A stretch of DNA of 64,000 nucleotides from positions 36,642,001-36,706,000 of the forward strand of contig CM022671.1 of the NCBI GenBank assembly GCA_012295275.1. The letters run 5' to 3'. The translations under genes were made by a program, and so were the position numbers. Below the pieces are notes generated by a model, which ran no database searches, was not told the DNA's origin, and worked only from the letters and a program-made list of their open reading frames with translations. The stretch comes from Chrysomallon squamiferum. Taxonomy: Eukaryota; Animalia; Mollusca. This document shows positions 1 through 14,200 of the stretch, in pieces. Position 1 is the stretch's first letter, and the number at the start of each line of letters is the position of its first letter.

Positions 1-2553
1 GTGTGTGTGAATGTGTATGTATATTTTGAATGTAAATGTGGATGTATGAATGTGTGTGTGAATGTGTATGTATATTTTGAATGTGAATGTGTATGTATGA
101 ATGTGTGGGTGTGGGTGTGTAATTCACTGATAGGGAACGTATTGGTGGTTAGAGGAACATGTTCTTTTTGATGTACAAGTAAATTCTTTCTCCTTCAGTT
201 GTGATGGTTTATCAAACACAAACATGAAACTGAATCTTACTGATAATCATTTATCACCTTATCTACCAAGCTTTTGTTCAATATTAAACAGCACTGAGAT
301 TTTGTTAAATTAGTATTCGTTGAATGTTATGCAAAATAAATAAATAAATAAATAATTATATAAATAAATACAAATATAAATAAATAAATATTTAATATAA
401 AAAAATATCTAAATAAATATATATATATATATATAAAATGAAATAATAATAAAATAACAAATGAAAAAGGAGAGATAAAAACATTTTAAGAAGTTAGAGT
501 TGTGTGTAGTGTTTGTTTTAGGTTTGGTAGAGAGACTCAAGTACTCACTTAACATGTTAATTCAAACATTGCTACAAGCAGTTTGTATTATCTCAGCACT
601 GTATTTGAAACAATGATAATTTTTCAGAGTTTTATCATTTTCATTCTTAATAAAAAGAAATATACTATAAATCTTGAAACAAAGACGATTTCTGACACAG
701 ATTAATAAACAATCAAATTAACATTTTCATATTTGAATCAGATTTTAAAAATTTAATCCCTTTGTTTAATCATTTGTGTTTTGTGAAAGATTTCAGTTTA
801 TTTATTAGTTTTGTTTATTATTATTTCAGATTTAGTCTTTTCTCTCTGGTTTCATTGATATCATTATCATGACAGTGATTTTAATTTTTGAACTCTGTAT
901 TATATGAATATACCTGCTGTCAACCTCATGTACATGAATTTGTTTTCCTTCTTCAAAAAACAAACAGAAAAAACCCTTTCATACAGCCTGAAAAAACAGC
1001 TATCAATTTATTATTTATAGACATACCTACTTACTACAGATATGAAATGAATGTGAGTTTTGTATAGAAATCTCACACACAGATCTGAACATGTTTTATA
1101 ACACACAGACGTTCTTTGTGAGTAACTTCTGTTTACTTTTCACTAAGTAAATACCTGTTGATTTTATGTTGTTTACTCTTTCTGTAAATTATCTTTCACT
1201 TCCTTTTTTCTTCAAAAATGTACCTCATTAAATACTAATACAAACATTTCTTTTTTTTAAATTATTTTATCACAATATAAATGTTTTTCCTTTTCAACAA
1301 TTTGTGTTTTTTTTAATTTCATTTTCATTTTAAATTTTTGTATATATCTTTATGGAAAACAAATAATTAGATTGTAATACCAAAATGTGTTTGAATATCT
1401 AATACTGAATGAATGACAGAGAACCAGTTCCTTCCATTTTCACAGGAATTTTTTGTCAAATGAGGTAAGTTTCAGTGTCAGAAATATATTGTTTTTGATT
1501 CCAAATAACCTGTATAATCAATGAATCAAAAACAAATTGTTATCAGTGTTTGCTGGGTGTGTAGTGCCACTGTTGACTTAAATGTGGGTATGTGATGCAT
1601 GAAATCTGTTTTAATTTCACTTACTGTGTTCATCTCACTCAGTTGATCTGTGTACCATTTATAACATAAAAACAAAAATATTAAAAATAAAAGAAATAAA
1701 TAAATAAAATGAAAATGTAAATAAATAAAATGAAAATGTAAATAAAAAAAATAAAAAAAGAATAATGATCCAGATAAAATTTTTAATTTTTTTTTAATTA
1801 AAAGTGACTGTTTCAAAGAAATAATGTTAGGGTTTTGACATGTTTCAAAGTTCACTGATAGGTAAAAGTGACAGATTAATAACACTTTTTTGCTGGTAAC
1901 ATATAAACTCATGTCAGGTATTTTATTTCATCCCCTACTGAATCACTTTAATAACCACACAGTGCTAGGCTGTGACGACACTAATAGTCTCACTCCAAGT
2001 AATAACTTCTTACTTGGGCTAGTACTAGTAAGTGTAGTAGTAGTAGTAGCAGCAGAAATTATTATTATTATTAGCAGTAGCTGTAGTAATAGTAGCAGCA
2101 GAAATTAATATTAGTAGCAGTAATAGAAGTAATAGTAACTGTAGTAAGAAAAGGGTGTTTTGAATAAAGGTTAGTATAATATACAGTATACTGTGTTTTG
2201 TACAAGTCTGATACAGAAGTGTTCAAACAGGCCTGTAATGGACAACACAGGTTTATATTAATCTGGTGTGGATTAAAAAGGCCATTTACATTTAGCATAG
2301 CCACATGTGCTCAACCATAATTTGATTTATTAATCTCAAGTCACATAGGTCAAATTTTAGATGACAGTTTTGTGTCAGAGATCAGACTCTTAAAAGTTTC
2401 CCTCCCCACTCCCTGGCAGAAGAAATGAGAGTGACTGTACAAAGTAAAATCATATGCTATCTTCAAAATTTACTTTTTATCATTTTCTATTTCCAGTCTA
2501 AACAGGTATATCACTATTTGTAATAAAATAATTATTTTAGTTTTTAAAATAAG

Positions 2554-2597
<44 letters not shown>

Positions 2598-3247
2598 TAG
2601 TAAGAAGATTAGTATAGTTTTTGATTATATTTAGTTTATAAAGATTTTGATTTAAAACAGATATTTAGTAAGAAGTAAATAATAATACCTTGTCTGACAG
2701 CTGTGATTTACCTGTGTTGAGTGTCACAGCTCACTGGACAGTTGACAGATAACCTGTCAGGTGTTGTAGTCACACCTCTGTGTCACAGTTTGTCACACCT
2801 CTGTGTCACAGTTTGTCATGGGTCAAGAGAAAACAGCAACTACAAAAAGAATAAAAAAAATTAAAAAGTACACACTTAGTTAATTTTATTATTATGTTTT
2901 AAAACTTGTTTGTTTCTGTCATTTAATAGATATCATTTACAGAGAAACAAATCTACAGTAAATGTTATTTGTGAGAAAGAAAGAAAAAAAGAATTATTGA
3001 CTGATTTCTTCTTTTTGTACTTCTTCAGATAATTTATTTGTATGTGTACAGGTATACATGATTTTGTTTATAACTTATCTTAATGTGTATACAGGTTTTT
3101 ACACATATGATTATATGCATATGTTTGAACCTAGTTATGGGACAAAAGTATAGGTTTCTTTTTACACCTATTTATTTATTTATTTCTGTTACAGGATTAT
3201 ACACTATGATTGTTACAGAAGATATTGCTGATGGCTAACAAGTCACC

Positions 3248-6200
3248 ATGTATGACAGTTTTGATATTGATGATTATGACTTTGAGGAGGAACAGCAGCC
3301 TCCTCACAAAAAGGAGTGGTATCAGTTGCGAAAGCCTGTTTGTCCATACATCTGTTCTACCCCACTTGACTTTAACATTGAGCGAGATTTCCTTAACAAA
3401 AATGTCTACCCAAATATTGCTGAATTTGCTAAAAACAGAGGCGTGGTCTTCTCCACCACTGACATCAGCTGGACTGCAGAGGACAAAGTGTTCTCTAGTG
3501 GTGAGCTGCTGCGCTTTCTACTAGACTCAATCAGCAAGTGCTCTCCATTCTTCATCTGTCTGCTTGGTGAATGCTATGGTCCCCACAGACAGGGCAAGTG
3601 GACGCCACTGCCCGAAAAGGTGACCACTGTCCCCGAGAACTGCGATCCTCTGGACAAGAACTTCATGTTTGCTGCCTCGGCAGGGTACAGCTGGGTTCTG
3701 CAGGAGTCTCACCAAGGCTGCAGCATCACTGAACTGGAAATCATCCACGCTGCCTTCCTTGCCGATGATGGTCACAGCTTCTTTTACTTCCGGCAGCCTG
3801 AGCATCTTGAGGAGAAATACTTGTTGTCAGAGGAACACGAAGTCGACAGACTGTACCATGAGGAAAATGAACATTCCGGTTTGAAGATTAAAGACCTCAG
3901 ACAGAGAATTGTGAAGAAAGATTTACCTGTCAAGTACTTCTCAACTCTAGAACAGCTGGCCAACCTTGTCTTAAATGACTGGATTGACCTTATTGATCTG
4001 ATGTACCCACCTCTAGTCAAACCTTTTAACTTCTTAGGTAACTTTTTTACTTTATCTTTTGTCTGTTTGCACTTGTTTCTGTTGCATTGTCTCTTTTCAA
4101 ATTATTCCTTTTGTTATTGTAGTTGTTATCTCATTTTCTGTACTATTATACTATATTCTGTATGTAGTTATTACTCACTTCATTCTGAAACAGTTTTTTG
4201 TCTGTAGTTAATAGTAACTTTATCTGAAGTTACTAATCATTTAACTCCTTGAGTGTCTGTAGCTTAAACTTTACAGTGAAATGTATAGTTTTGTTTTTGA
4301 CAGTGAAATGTATAGTTTTGTTTTTTACAGTGAAAAGTATAGTTTTGTTTCAGACAGTGAAATGTATAGTTTTGTTTTTGACAGTGAAATGTATAGTTTT
4401 GTTTTGGACAGTGAAATGTATAGTTTTGTTTCAGACAGTGAAATGTATAGTTTTGTTTCAGACCGTGAAATGTATAGTTTTGTTTCAGACCGTGAAATGT
4501 ATAGTTTTGTTTCAGACAGTGAAATGTATAGTTTTGTTTCAGACAATGAAACATATCATGAATGGCTGATTCAGGAATCATTTGCTGAAAATCGTCGCAG
4601 TGTTTATGTGAGTTGTCCAGAGAATGAGAGCGTCATCCAGCAGCTGTCTGAGTTTGCCCTCACTTCACTGGACACCGTCTGCTCAGACTACATGTGTGAA
4701 CAAACAAACAACAGATACAGACACTCCTCTTCAGTGTTTGGATATAATAGGTTTGTCTCCTCATATCTTTATACAACAAAAAACACACCATCTCACATTG
4801 TACATTAGTTTATCTGTACACATGATACTTTATGAAACAAAAAACACTGTTTTACATTGTACATTAGTTTATCTGTACACATGGTACTTTATAAAACAAA
4901 AAACACATTAGTGAGTTGAACTTTGTATTTTACATTGTGCATTCTATACATATGGTGTGTTTTTGTTGCAGGCCGATGTTGGACAGCACCAAGTACAAGT
5001 CAGTACTGTGTTTGACTGGAGACCGAGGGGCAGGCAAGTCATCCATTATTGCCAAGTGGCTGCAAGAGTTTGATTATCTGAGTGCAGACGTCCCCCTCAT
5101 CAGTCACTTCATCGGCTGCAGCTCTCACAGCACTGACATCTGTGTGTTCCTAGACAAGTGTGTGCAAGTGTTACGTCAACACTTTCTTAATCAGGGTAAG
5201 CATTTATGTGAGTTTTTATCAGTCTGAGAGAACATATATTTTAATGTTTTAACTGAAAAAGAATATCGTCCTTCCCCTGTAGTTCTAACACAGACACAGC
5301 CCAACATATCCATGTTCAGCCACACACACACACACACACAAACATGAATTTCCACTGTTCTGATATTTGTGTGAGGTGTTTTGTATATTTTTGTTTTTAG
5401 ATAACATGGAAGCAGACTTGGATCACTTACATGAATGCTGCAGTTTCGAGGACAAACCAAACAATTTTCGAGATCTTTGTGAAGCCTTTATAGCTGCTGT
5501 GTCATTGGGACCATGTGTCCTTGTGCTTGATGGAATAGATGAACTTTGTGGAAGTGTCAGCCTTTCCCCTCAAACTGTAATTATATTTTAGTCACATTAT
5601 TTCACTGCAATGTCAAGAAAGTAGAGAATGAATTGTTAAAGATGTAAATTTGGAAGACATTAATAATGTTGTTTAATAATTCATTCTGATTTAATAGTAC
5701 AGTATAAGTTTAATAGTACACTGTGAGTTTAATATTACAGTGTGAGTTTAGTAGTACAGTGTGAGTTTAGTAGTACAGTGTGAGTTTAGTAGTACAGTGT
5801 GTGTTTATTAGTACAATGTGAGTTTAATATTACAATGTGAGTTTAGTATTACAGTGTGAGTTTAGTAGTACAGTGTGTGTTTATTAGTACAATGTGAGTT
5901 TAATATTACAATGTGAGTTTAGTAGTACAGTGTGTGTTTATTAGTACAGTGTGAGTTTAGTAGTACAGTGTGAGTTTAATGGTGCAGTATGTATTTAATG
6001 GTACACTGTGAGTTTAGTAGTACAGTGTGAGTTTAGTAGTACAGTGTGAGTTTAATGGTGCAGTATGTATTTAATGGTACACTGTGAGTTTAGTAGTACA
6101 GTGTGAGTTTAATGGTGCAGTATGTATTTAATGGTACACTGTGAGTTTAGTAGTACAGTGTGAGTTTAATAGTACAGCATGTGTTTAATAGTACACTGTG

Positions 6201-9200
6201 AGTTTAAGAGTACAGTGTAAGTTTAATAGTTCAGTGTGAGTTTATTAGTACAGTGTGAGTTTAATAGTATGGTGTAAGTTTAATAGTACAGTGAGTTTAA
6301 TAGTTCAGTGTGAGTTTATTAGTACAGTGAGTTTATTAGTACAGTGCAATTTTAATAGTACAGTGCAATTTTAATAGTACAGTGCAAGTTTAGTAGTACT
6401 ATATGAGTTTAGTAGTAATTGCAAATTTAATAGTACAGTGCAAGTTTAATAGTACAGTGTAAGTTTAATAGTTCAGTGTGAGTTTAATAGTACAATGTGA
6501 GTTTAATACTACAGTGTGAGTTTAATAGTTCGGTATGTGTTTAATAGTACAATGTGAGTTTAGTAGTACAGTGTGAGTTTAGTAGTACAGTGTGAGTTTA
6601 ATAGTACAGTGTGAGTTTAATAGTAAAGAGTTGTATTTATTTCACAGATAAAGGAGTTGAACTGGTTGGCTGGGTCTCTGCCTGCGCAGTGTAAGATAAT
6701 AATGACTACCACGCGGTCAGACATCACCTACCGCAGTTTGTGTCGCAGACAGGACACAAAGTTCATCACAACCCCAGTGATCTCCAGTGAGGACAGGATG
6801 AGAGAGATTATCCACAGACACTCACAGCAGCACTTCCAGCATCTCACAGACAAACACTTGAGCACAATACATGAAATCAAACTGTCAGCCAAGCCACTCT
6901 TCCTTACCGCTCTGTCAAGTGAGATCCAGTGTTACAACGTGTACACAAATCTGGACAACTTCCTGCAGGACAATCTGGAAATCTCCTCTGTGAGAGAATT
7001 CTGGATGAAAAACCTCAAACGATGGGTCACGGAGTTCAGCTGGCTTGTGGACAGATCAGAATCATCAGTTGATGACAGCTCTGACACAGGTACACGTTTG
7101 TCTAAACCTGTTTATCTGTCTCTGTTTGTTTAAACTTTAATAACCATATTTATTTATTTGTTTAAACATTTACATCTGTATTTATTTAAACCTGCATATC
7201 TCTTTATTTGATTAAAACTGAATTCTTTTTTTTTTTTACTTCTATCTTTGCATGTCTGAACCTGTATTCTTAACTATATCTTGTAAAAATCTGAAAACCA
7301 GTTTCTCCATTCTTATATAACTTAGTACCTCTGTCTCCATTCTTATATAACTTTATGCCTATCTCTCCATTCTTATATAACTTTGTACCTATCTCTCCAT
7401 TCTTATATAACTTTTTGCCTATCTCTCCATTCTTATACAAGTTTTTACCTATCTCTCCATTCTTATATAACTTTTTGCCTATCTCTCCATTCTTATATTA
7501 CATTTTGCCTATCTCTCCATTTTTATATAACTTTATATCTATCTCTCCATTTTTATATAACTTTATGCCTATCTCTCCATTCTTATATAACATTTTGCCT
7601 ATCTCTCCATTCTTATAGAACTTTATTCCTCTCTCCATTCTTATATAACTTTATATCTATCTCTCCATTTTTATATAACTTTATGCCTATATCTCCATTC
7701 TTATAAAACGTTTTGCCTATCTCTCCATTCTTATATAACTTTATATCTAGCTCTCCATTCTTATATATCTTTATATCTAGCTCTCCATTCTTATATAACT
7801 TTATATCTATCTCTCCATTCCCACTAAAACTGTTTATCCCATCAGCTGAAATTTACTTTTTCATTTATATTACATGATGCTTATGAACAAAATGTTAACA
7901 AGGGAAATTACTCAGTAGATCCAGTGATCTTCATAATTATCTGCTCTTTTATTGCAAAAAGTCGAGCCAGTTTGAATTTTATCTAAATATCAAATAAAAC
8001 AAACAAATCTGTTTATTAAATAAATATTTTCAGATACACAATGTTTTGAGTTTTTTTCTGTCAGAAATATAAATTGAATTATTTTATTTCATTTTCATAT
8101 TGCAGATTTCCTTTTTTTTTTTTTCCCATATTTTATTATTATTTTTGTTCTTGCTGAATAATTTTGTGATTTCTGCAATGTGTTTCATTCTATGACCAGT
8201 AAAAATCTATGAATGTAAAATGTATAAACTGTTATTTAACTAATAATTTTTATTTTTTCCAGGGGAGTATTCTGGGTGGGTGGGGGATGCTTTATGTCTC
8301 TTACTGTTATCTCGTAGCGGGCTCACTGAGGATGAATTGTTACAGATGCTAATCAACCTCGGCTACAACGGCAGCCTCGAGGTCACGTCATTTGACTGGT
8401 ACAAGTTCAGAATGTGTCTGGGGTCTGCACTGCACGAGAGAGTCGATGGCTTGATGTGTTTCTCCCATCACCACATCAAAGACATCATCCAGTACATACT
8501 GTTAAGTTAGTATTTAACATCATCATCCAGTACATACTGTTAAGTTAGTATTTAACATCATGATCCAGTACATACTGTTAAGTTAGTATTTAACTTCATC
8601 ATCCAGTATATACTGTTAAGTTAATATTTAACTTCATCATCCAGTACATACTGTTAAGATAATATTTAACTTTATCATCCAGTAAATACTGTTAAGTTAA
8701 TATTTAACATCATCATCTAGTACATACTGTTAAGTTAGTATTTAACTTCATCATTCAGTATATACTGTTAAGTTAGTATTTAACATCATCATCCAGTACA
8801 TACTGTTAAGTTAGTATTTAACTTCATCATCCAGTACATACTGTTAAGTTAGTATTTAACATCATCATCTAGTACATACTGTTAAGTTAGTATTTAACTT
8901 CATCATTCAGTATATACTGTTAAGTTAGTATTTTATATCATCATCCAGTACATACTGTTAAGTTAGTATTTAACTTCATCATCCAGTACATACTGTTAAG
9001 TTAGTATTTAACATCATGATCCAGTACATACTGTTAAGTTAGTATTTAACATCATGATCCAGTACATACTGTTAAGTTAGTATTTAACATCATCATCCAG
9101 TAGACACTGTTAATTCAATAATTCTATAAACAGTGTTTACCCTTGTGCATTTCTTCTTCGTGTGTTTTTTGTGTTTTTCAAACAAAATGAAAGTTTTTGT

Positions 9201-11250
9201 ATTTTTACAGAAAGTCTGAAGGCAGCTCATGGTGATCTGATTTTGTCTCAGGACATCAACAGTCCATGGTATGAGTACAAACGCAAACTGCACCACATGC
9301 TTGCCTCCTTCTTCTCACAGCAGCCCTACAACCAGAGAAAGGTGGAAGAGTTACCATGGCAACTGATGATGGCAGGAAATACGAACAGTGTGTTAAAGAT
9401 CGTTGAACATGTGGAGTATGTTTTTGTTGTTTTAACTCTGAGTCAAAGAAACAAATATTTTAGAAAAGAAAAAAAAAAAAAAAAAAAATGTGTTTGCTGT
9501 TTGATGATGATATTAATGATAATTTTTATGGCACAGTGGTAAATGTCGTAGTAGCATTACCATGAGCACAAGCAGCTGTAGTAGTAGTAGTAGTAGCAAT
9601 AGCAGTAGTTGTTTCAGTAGCATTAGAAAAAGGCATAGCAGCAAAAGATGGTAGTACTAGAGTTGTGATATTGCTGTGTTGTGTTTTAATTTTTGATTTT
9701 TGAACATCCTTTTTTCATGTTAGTTATTTTCTTGACCTGGCTGACAAAACTGGTCACTACCCATCTAACCGACGTGATCTGATGACCTACTGGGAGTTTC
9801 TAGAACATCACGGCATCAAGGCTGATGTGTCCTACATGAACATCTTTATGAAGATGGGTTTGCTGGAGTCAGACATCAGGCATTTAGAGGTATTTCACTT
9901 CTAGCTCAGCTGATATATTCTTATGTTAGAAGGAAGAAATGTTTATTTAATTCCACCATCGACGCATTTTTAAACTCTTTTGGTCATTTTCAAAGTAGAT
10001 AAAATACAGCCTAATTCTGATATGTGTTTTTGTAAAGCTACCAGTGACATGTGTTTATGTAACACTACAAGTCAGGTATGTGTTTATGTAACATTACAAG
10101 TCAGATATGTATTTATGTAACACTACAAGTCAGGTATGTATTTATGTAACACTACAAGTCAGATATGTATTTATGTAACACTACAAGTCATATATGTATT
10201 TATGTAACACTACAAGTCAGATATGTATTTATGTAACACTACAAGTCAGATATGTATTTATGAAACACTACAAGTCAGATATGTATTTATGTAACACTAC
10301 AAGTCAGATATGTATTTATGTAAAACAACAAGTCAGGTATGTATTTATGTAACACTACAAGTCAGGTATGTATTTATGTAACACTACAAGTCAGGTATGT
10401 ATTTATGTAACACTACAAGTCAGGTATGTATGTAAAACAACAAGTCAGGTATGTATTTATGTAACACTACAAGTCAGGTATGTATTTATGTAAAACAACA
10501 AGTCAGGTATGTATTTATGTAACACTACAAGTCATATATGTATTTATGTAAAACAACAAGTCAGGTATGTATTTATGTAACACTACAAGTCATATATATA
10601 TTTATGTAACACTACAAGTCAGGTATGTATTTATGTAACACTACAAGTCAGATATGTATTTATGTAAAACGACAAGTCATATATATATTTATGTAACACT
10701 AAAGTCATATATGTATTTATGTAACACTACAAGTCAGATGTGTATTTATGTAACACTACAAGTCAGATATGTATTTATGTAAAACGACAAGTCAGATATG
10801 TTTTTTATGTAAACAGTGTTTCTGTATTTGTGTAGTCAGCATCAGTGGTGAATAAGAATCTCTATGTGATTGAAGAGATGCCTTTAGAATCTGAAGAAGA
10901 GGTAAATCTTTAAACTTTCTGTTTGTACAGATAACATGGGTTAGGCAGGGCTGGGTGGCTGAATGAGTATCTAACATGTAAATCTTTTCAAAAAAAGGTG
11001 CTCCTATTTATAATAAAATACAATCTCTATGAATTTCATTAGATGCTACTAAAATAGTTTTGAATGCAGAAGTTGAATTTACCAGCTATTTTGTTTAATA
11101 GTTTCAGTAGTTCACAAATAAATGCTGTATTGTTATTATTGTTTGTACCTTATATTATTAAATAGAATTAATTTTTTTTTTTTTTTTTTTTTAAATTACA
11201 CATTTAAAGCAAAAAGCAAAAATAAATAAAAGTAAAAAAAAAAAAAAAAA

Positions 11251-11287
<37 letters not shown>

Positions 11288-14200
11288 GTAATAATAATAA
11301 AAAAAAAGATATAAAAAAGAAGTGTTTTCAGTATCTGACATTACTTTATAAAGTTTGATACTGTATTGCCACAAAAACAATATTTAGATTATTTATTCTC
11401 TTTTAATGATTCAGAACAATGTAATCACAAACTTGCTGGAACATTCAGGTTTTTGTCACTTATAATAAAATGTTTAACTCTTGTTTTTTGTTTTGTTTTT
11501 TTGTTGTTTTTTTCAGTTAAGATGTCCTGAATGTTTTCCAGAAGCACACAAACAACGGCGAAGTTTTACAATGGTGAATCTCTTTTCATGTGTCATATGT
11601 GTGTTTGTTTATCTGTCATATGTGTGTTTGTCTTACGTGTGTCTGTATTTAAGTGACTTATGTATATTTGTATTTGTCTGTCTTTGTGTTTGTCTTTCAA
11701 GTGTGTTTGTATTTATCTGTCCTATATATGTTTGTGTTCATCTGTTGTGTGTGCTTGCATTATGCGTGTTTGTCTTATGTGTGTTTGTGTTTATCTTTAA
11801 TATGTACATTATGTTCATCTGGCCTGAATATGTTTGTGTTTATCTGTCATGTGTGTTTGTCTTGTGTGTGTTTGTCTTTATCTGTCATATGTGTGTGTGT
11901 CTTAAGTGTATTTGTTTATATCTGTCATATGTGTTTGTCTTGTGTTTATCTGTCTTATGTATGTTTGTGTTTATGTCATATGTATGTTTGTGTTTATCTG
12001 TCACATGTGTGTTTGTGTTCATCTGTCATATGTGTGTTTGTGTTTGTCTTATGTATGTTTGTGTTTATCTGTCTTATGTATGTTTGTGTTCATCTGTCAT
12101 ATGTGTGTTTGTGTTTATCTGTCTTATGTATGTTTGTGTTTATCTGTCTTATGTATGTTTGTGTTCATCTGTCATATGTGTGTTTGTGTTTATCTGTCTT
12201 ATGTATGTTTGTGTTTATCTGTCTTATGTATGTTTGTGTTCATCTGTCATATGTGTGTTTGTGTTTATCTGTCTTATGTATGTTTGTGTTTATCTGTCTT
12301 ATGTATGTTTGTGTTCATCTGTCATATGTGTGTTTGTGTTTATCTGTCATATGTATGTTTGTGTTTATCTGTCATATGTGTGTTTATGTTCATCTGTCAT
12401 ATGTGTGTTTGTGTTTATCTGTCTTATGTATGTTTGTGTTTATCTGTCATATGTGTGTTTGTGTTTATCTGTCATCTGTGTGTTTGTGTTTATCTGTCAT
12501 ATGTGTGTTTGTGTTTGTCTGTCACATGTGTGTTTGTGTTTATTATATGTATTTTCAGGTCCTGTATGTGTATGTAAGTGTGTATGTGTTTGTATATATA
12601 TGTGTTTATGATGTGTTTCTGTCTGTCACTATTTGTCTGTGTTTGGGGCTTGTCTGTATTTATTTCTCATTGATGTGTTGCAGCTATTACATCAGATTAA
12701 GAGTGAATGTGTACTTATTTATTAAATATTACATCAGATTAAGAGAGAATGTGTACTTATTTATTAAATATTACATCAGATTAAGAGAGAATGTGTACCT
12801 ATTTTAATATTGTTGATATAAAATTGTATTTTATGTCAGGTAATATTCACATAAAGTATTAATGATTATTTTTTTTATTGATTTTGTTTCTTTGTGTCTA
12901 ACAGTCAGCTGATTCAAACATGTTTGGAAACCTGGACGACAGATTATTTATCTTTGAAGCTCCCACAGCTTTACACATTAAAGGTAAATGTCACATTTTC
13001 AGGGGTTTTTTCTATGCAACCTATCTGAATAAATAAAAGTAAGATACTTTCAGAAACAGCATAGGAGTTAGAGAGTGTGTCTGTATTAAATAATTTGTTA
13101 TTTATGTGTGTATTCAGTATCTTTGCCATTGTGAAATAGTTTGTGCATGTGCATGTATTTGTGTCTGTGTGTTGCAGTGTTTGTATTTGTGTGTGTGTGT
13201 GTATATTTCAGATAGAGGGAGAGAAAATAATTGAGCTTACATATATTTTGAACTAATGTGTATAGAGACACCAGTAGTTTTACAGTTCACTCTTGTTGTT
13301 TGTTGACAGGTGACGGGAAGGTGCTGGAGGGGTGTGAGGGAGTTGGTCCTGTTAAAGATTTTGCTTGGCATGTTTCTCAGCTCCTCATTGAGATGGGTTA
13401 CTGCGAAACAGCAGAGAAAATCCTCCACGCACTCATCCTGTTTCTTAAAAAGGTTATTAAGTACATTTATCACAGAGATGTAAAATCACTAAAGAGAGCT
13501 AGAACTGAAAAATATCATCCAGTTATAAATATTCAGTTTGAGGGAAATATAACACTGAAAGAGATTATCTAAACACTTTTTTATGATTATCAGTATTTTT
13601 ATCTAGACGTGAGTGGATTCAAGCTGACATAACTGACTTGTAAAATATAGTATGGTGTGTAATTCACTGAATGATATTTTATCTCAGTGTATAAATTAAG
13701 TTGTAACAGATGTGTGATTCCACTGAGAGTGCAGTGGTCCTCAGATCAATCTCACATAGTAGACTCACTGAGTGATTTCCAGTCGCAGCCATTAGTCTAC
13801 AGTGTGTGTTACATGTGATGTGTCTGTGGTATATTAAAAATAACTTGCTGCTAGAAGAGAATGTGAACATGGGTTTCCTCTCCTGTTATCTGAGTTTGTC
13901 TGTAAAGTAAAACCTGCTTCATTTAATGAAACCTCTCTCTTTTACTTGTACAGAACTTCCCCCTCACACATGACTGTCTTGTGGCATGCTGCAAGTCTCT
14001 TGAAGTTATTGCAAACATGTTTCACAGTCGCGGGGATGTTGCTGTTGCAGAGATGTTGTACAAGGAGGCACTCAGCATCGTCTCTGATTTGATGGACTTC
14101 AATGAGGAAATGTTAGAACGGCCAGAGTTACGTACCTTGAAAAGTCAGTATGTTTGTGTTATATCTGGCATTAGTATGCTTATTTCTGACATGAATATAT

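Noticed and set aside
1446-1464. 19-nt 5'UTR micro-exon of the TTC41-like gene (CAG|...GAG|GTAAGT)
   Set aside because: Splice-like words alone are not enough evidence in AT-rich DNA.
7300-7820. Intron 5 array as a junction-anchored repeat
   Set aside because: Lies about 210 nt from the donor and about 440 nt from the acceptor. It is a counter-example, as are the arrays at about 27700-27990, 32280-32690, 36515-36690 and 45125-45720, so minisatellites also arise away from junctions.
8483-9113. CRISPR-like appearance of regularly spaced 30-40-bp repeats (here and in the other arrays)
   Set aside because: Units are head-to-tail with no unique spacers, there are no cas genes, and the context is a eukaryotic intron.
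11481-12807. Long Cys/Val-rich ORFs (376, 384 and 223 aa)
   Set aside because: Open in all three frames because the TG-rich repeat lacks stops; only 11517-11573 is a plausible exon.
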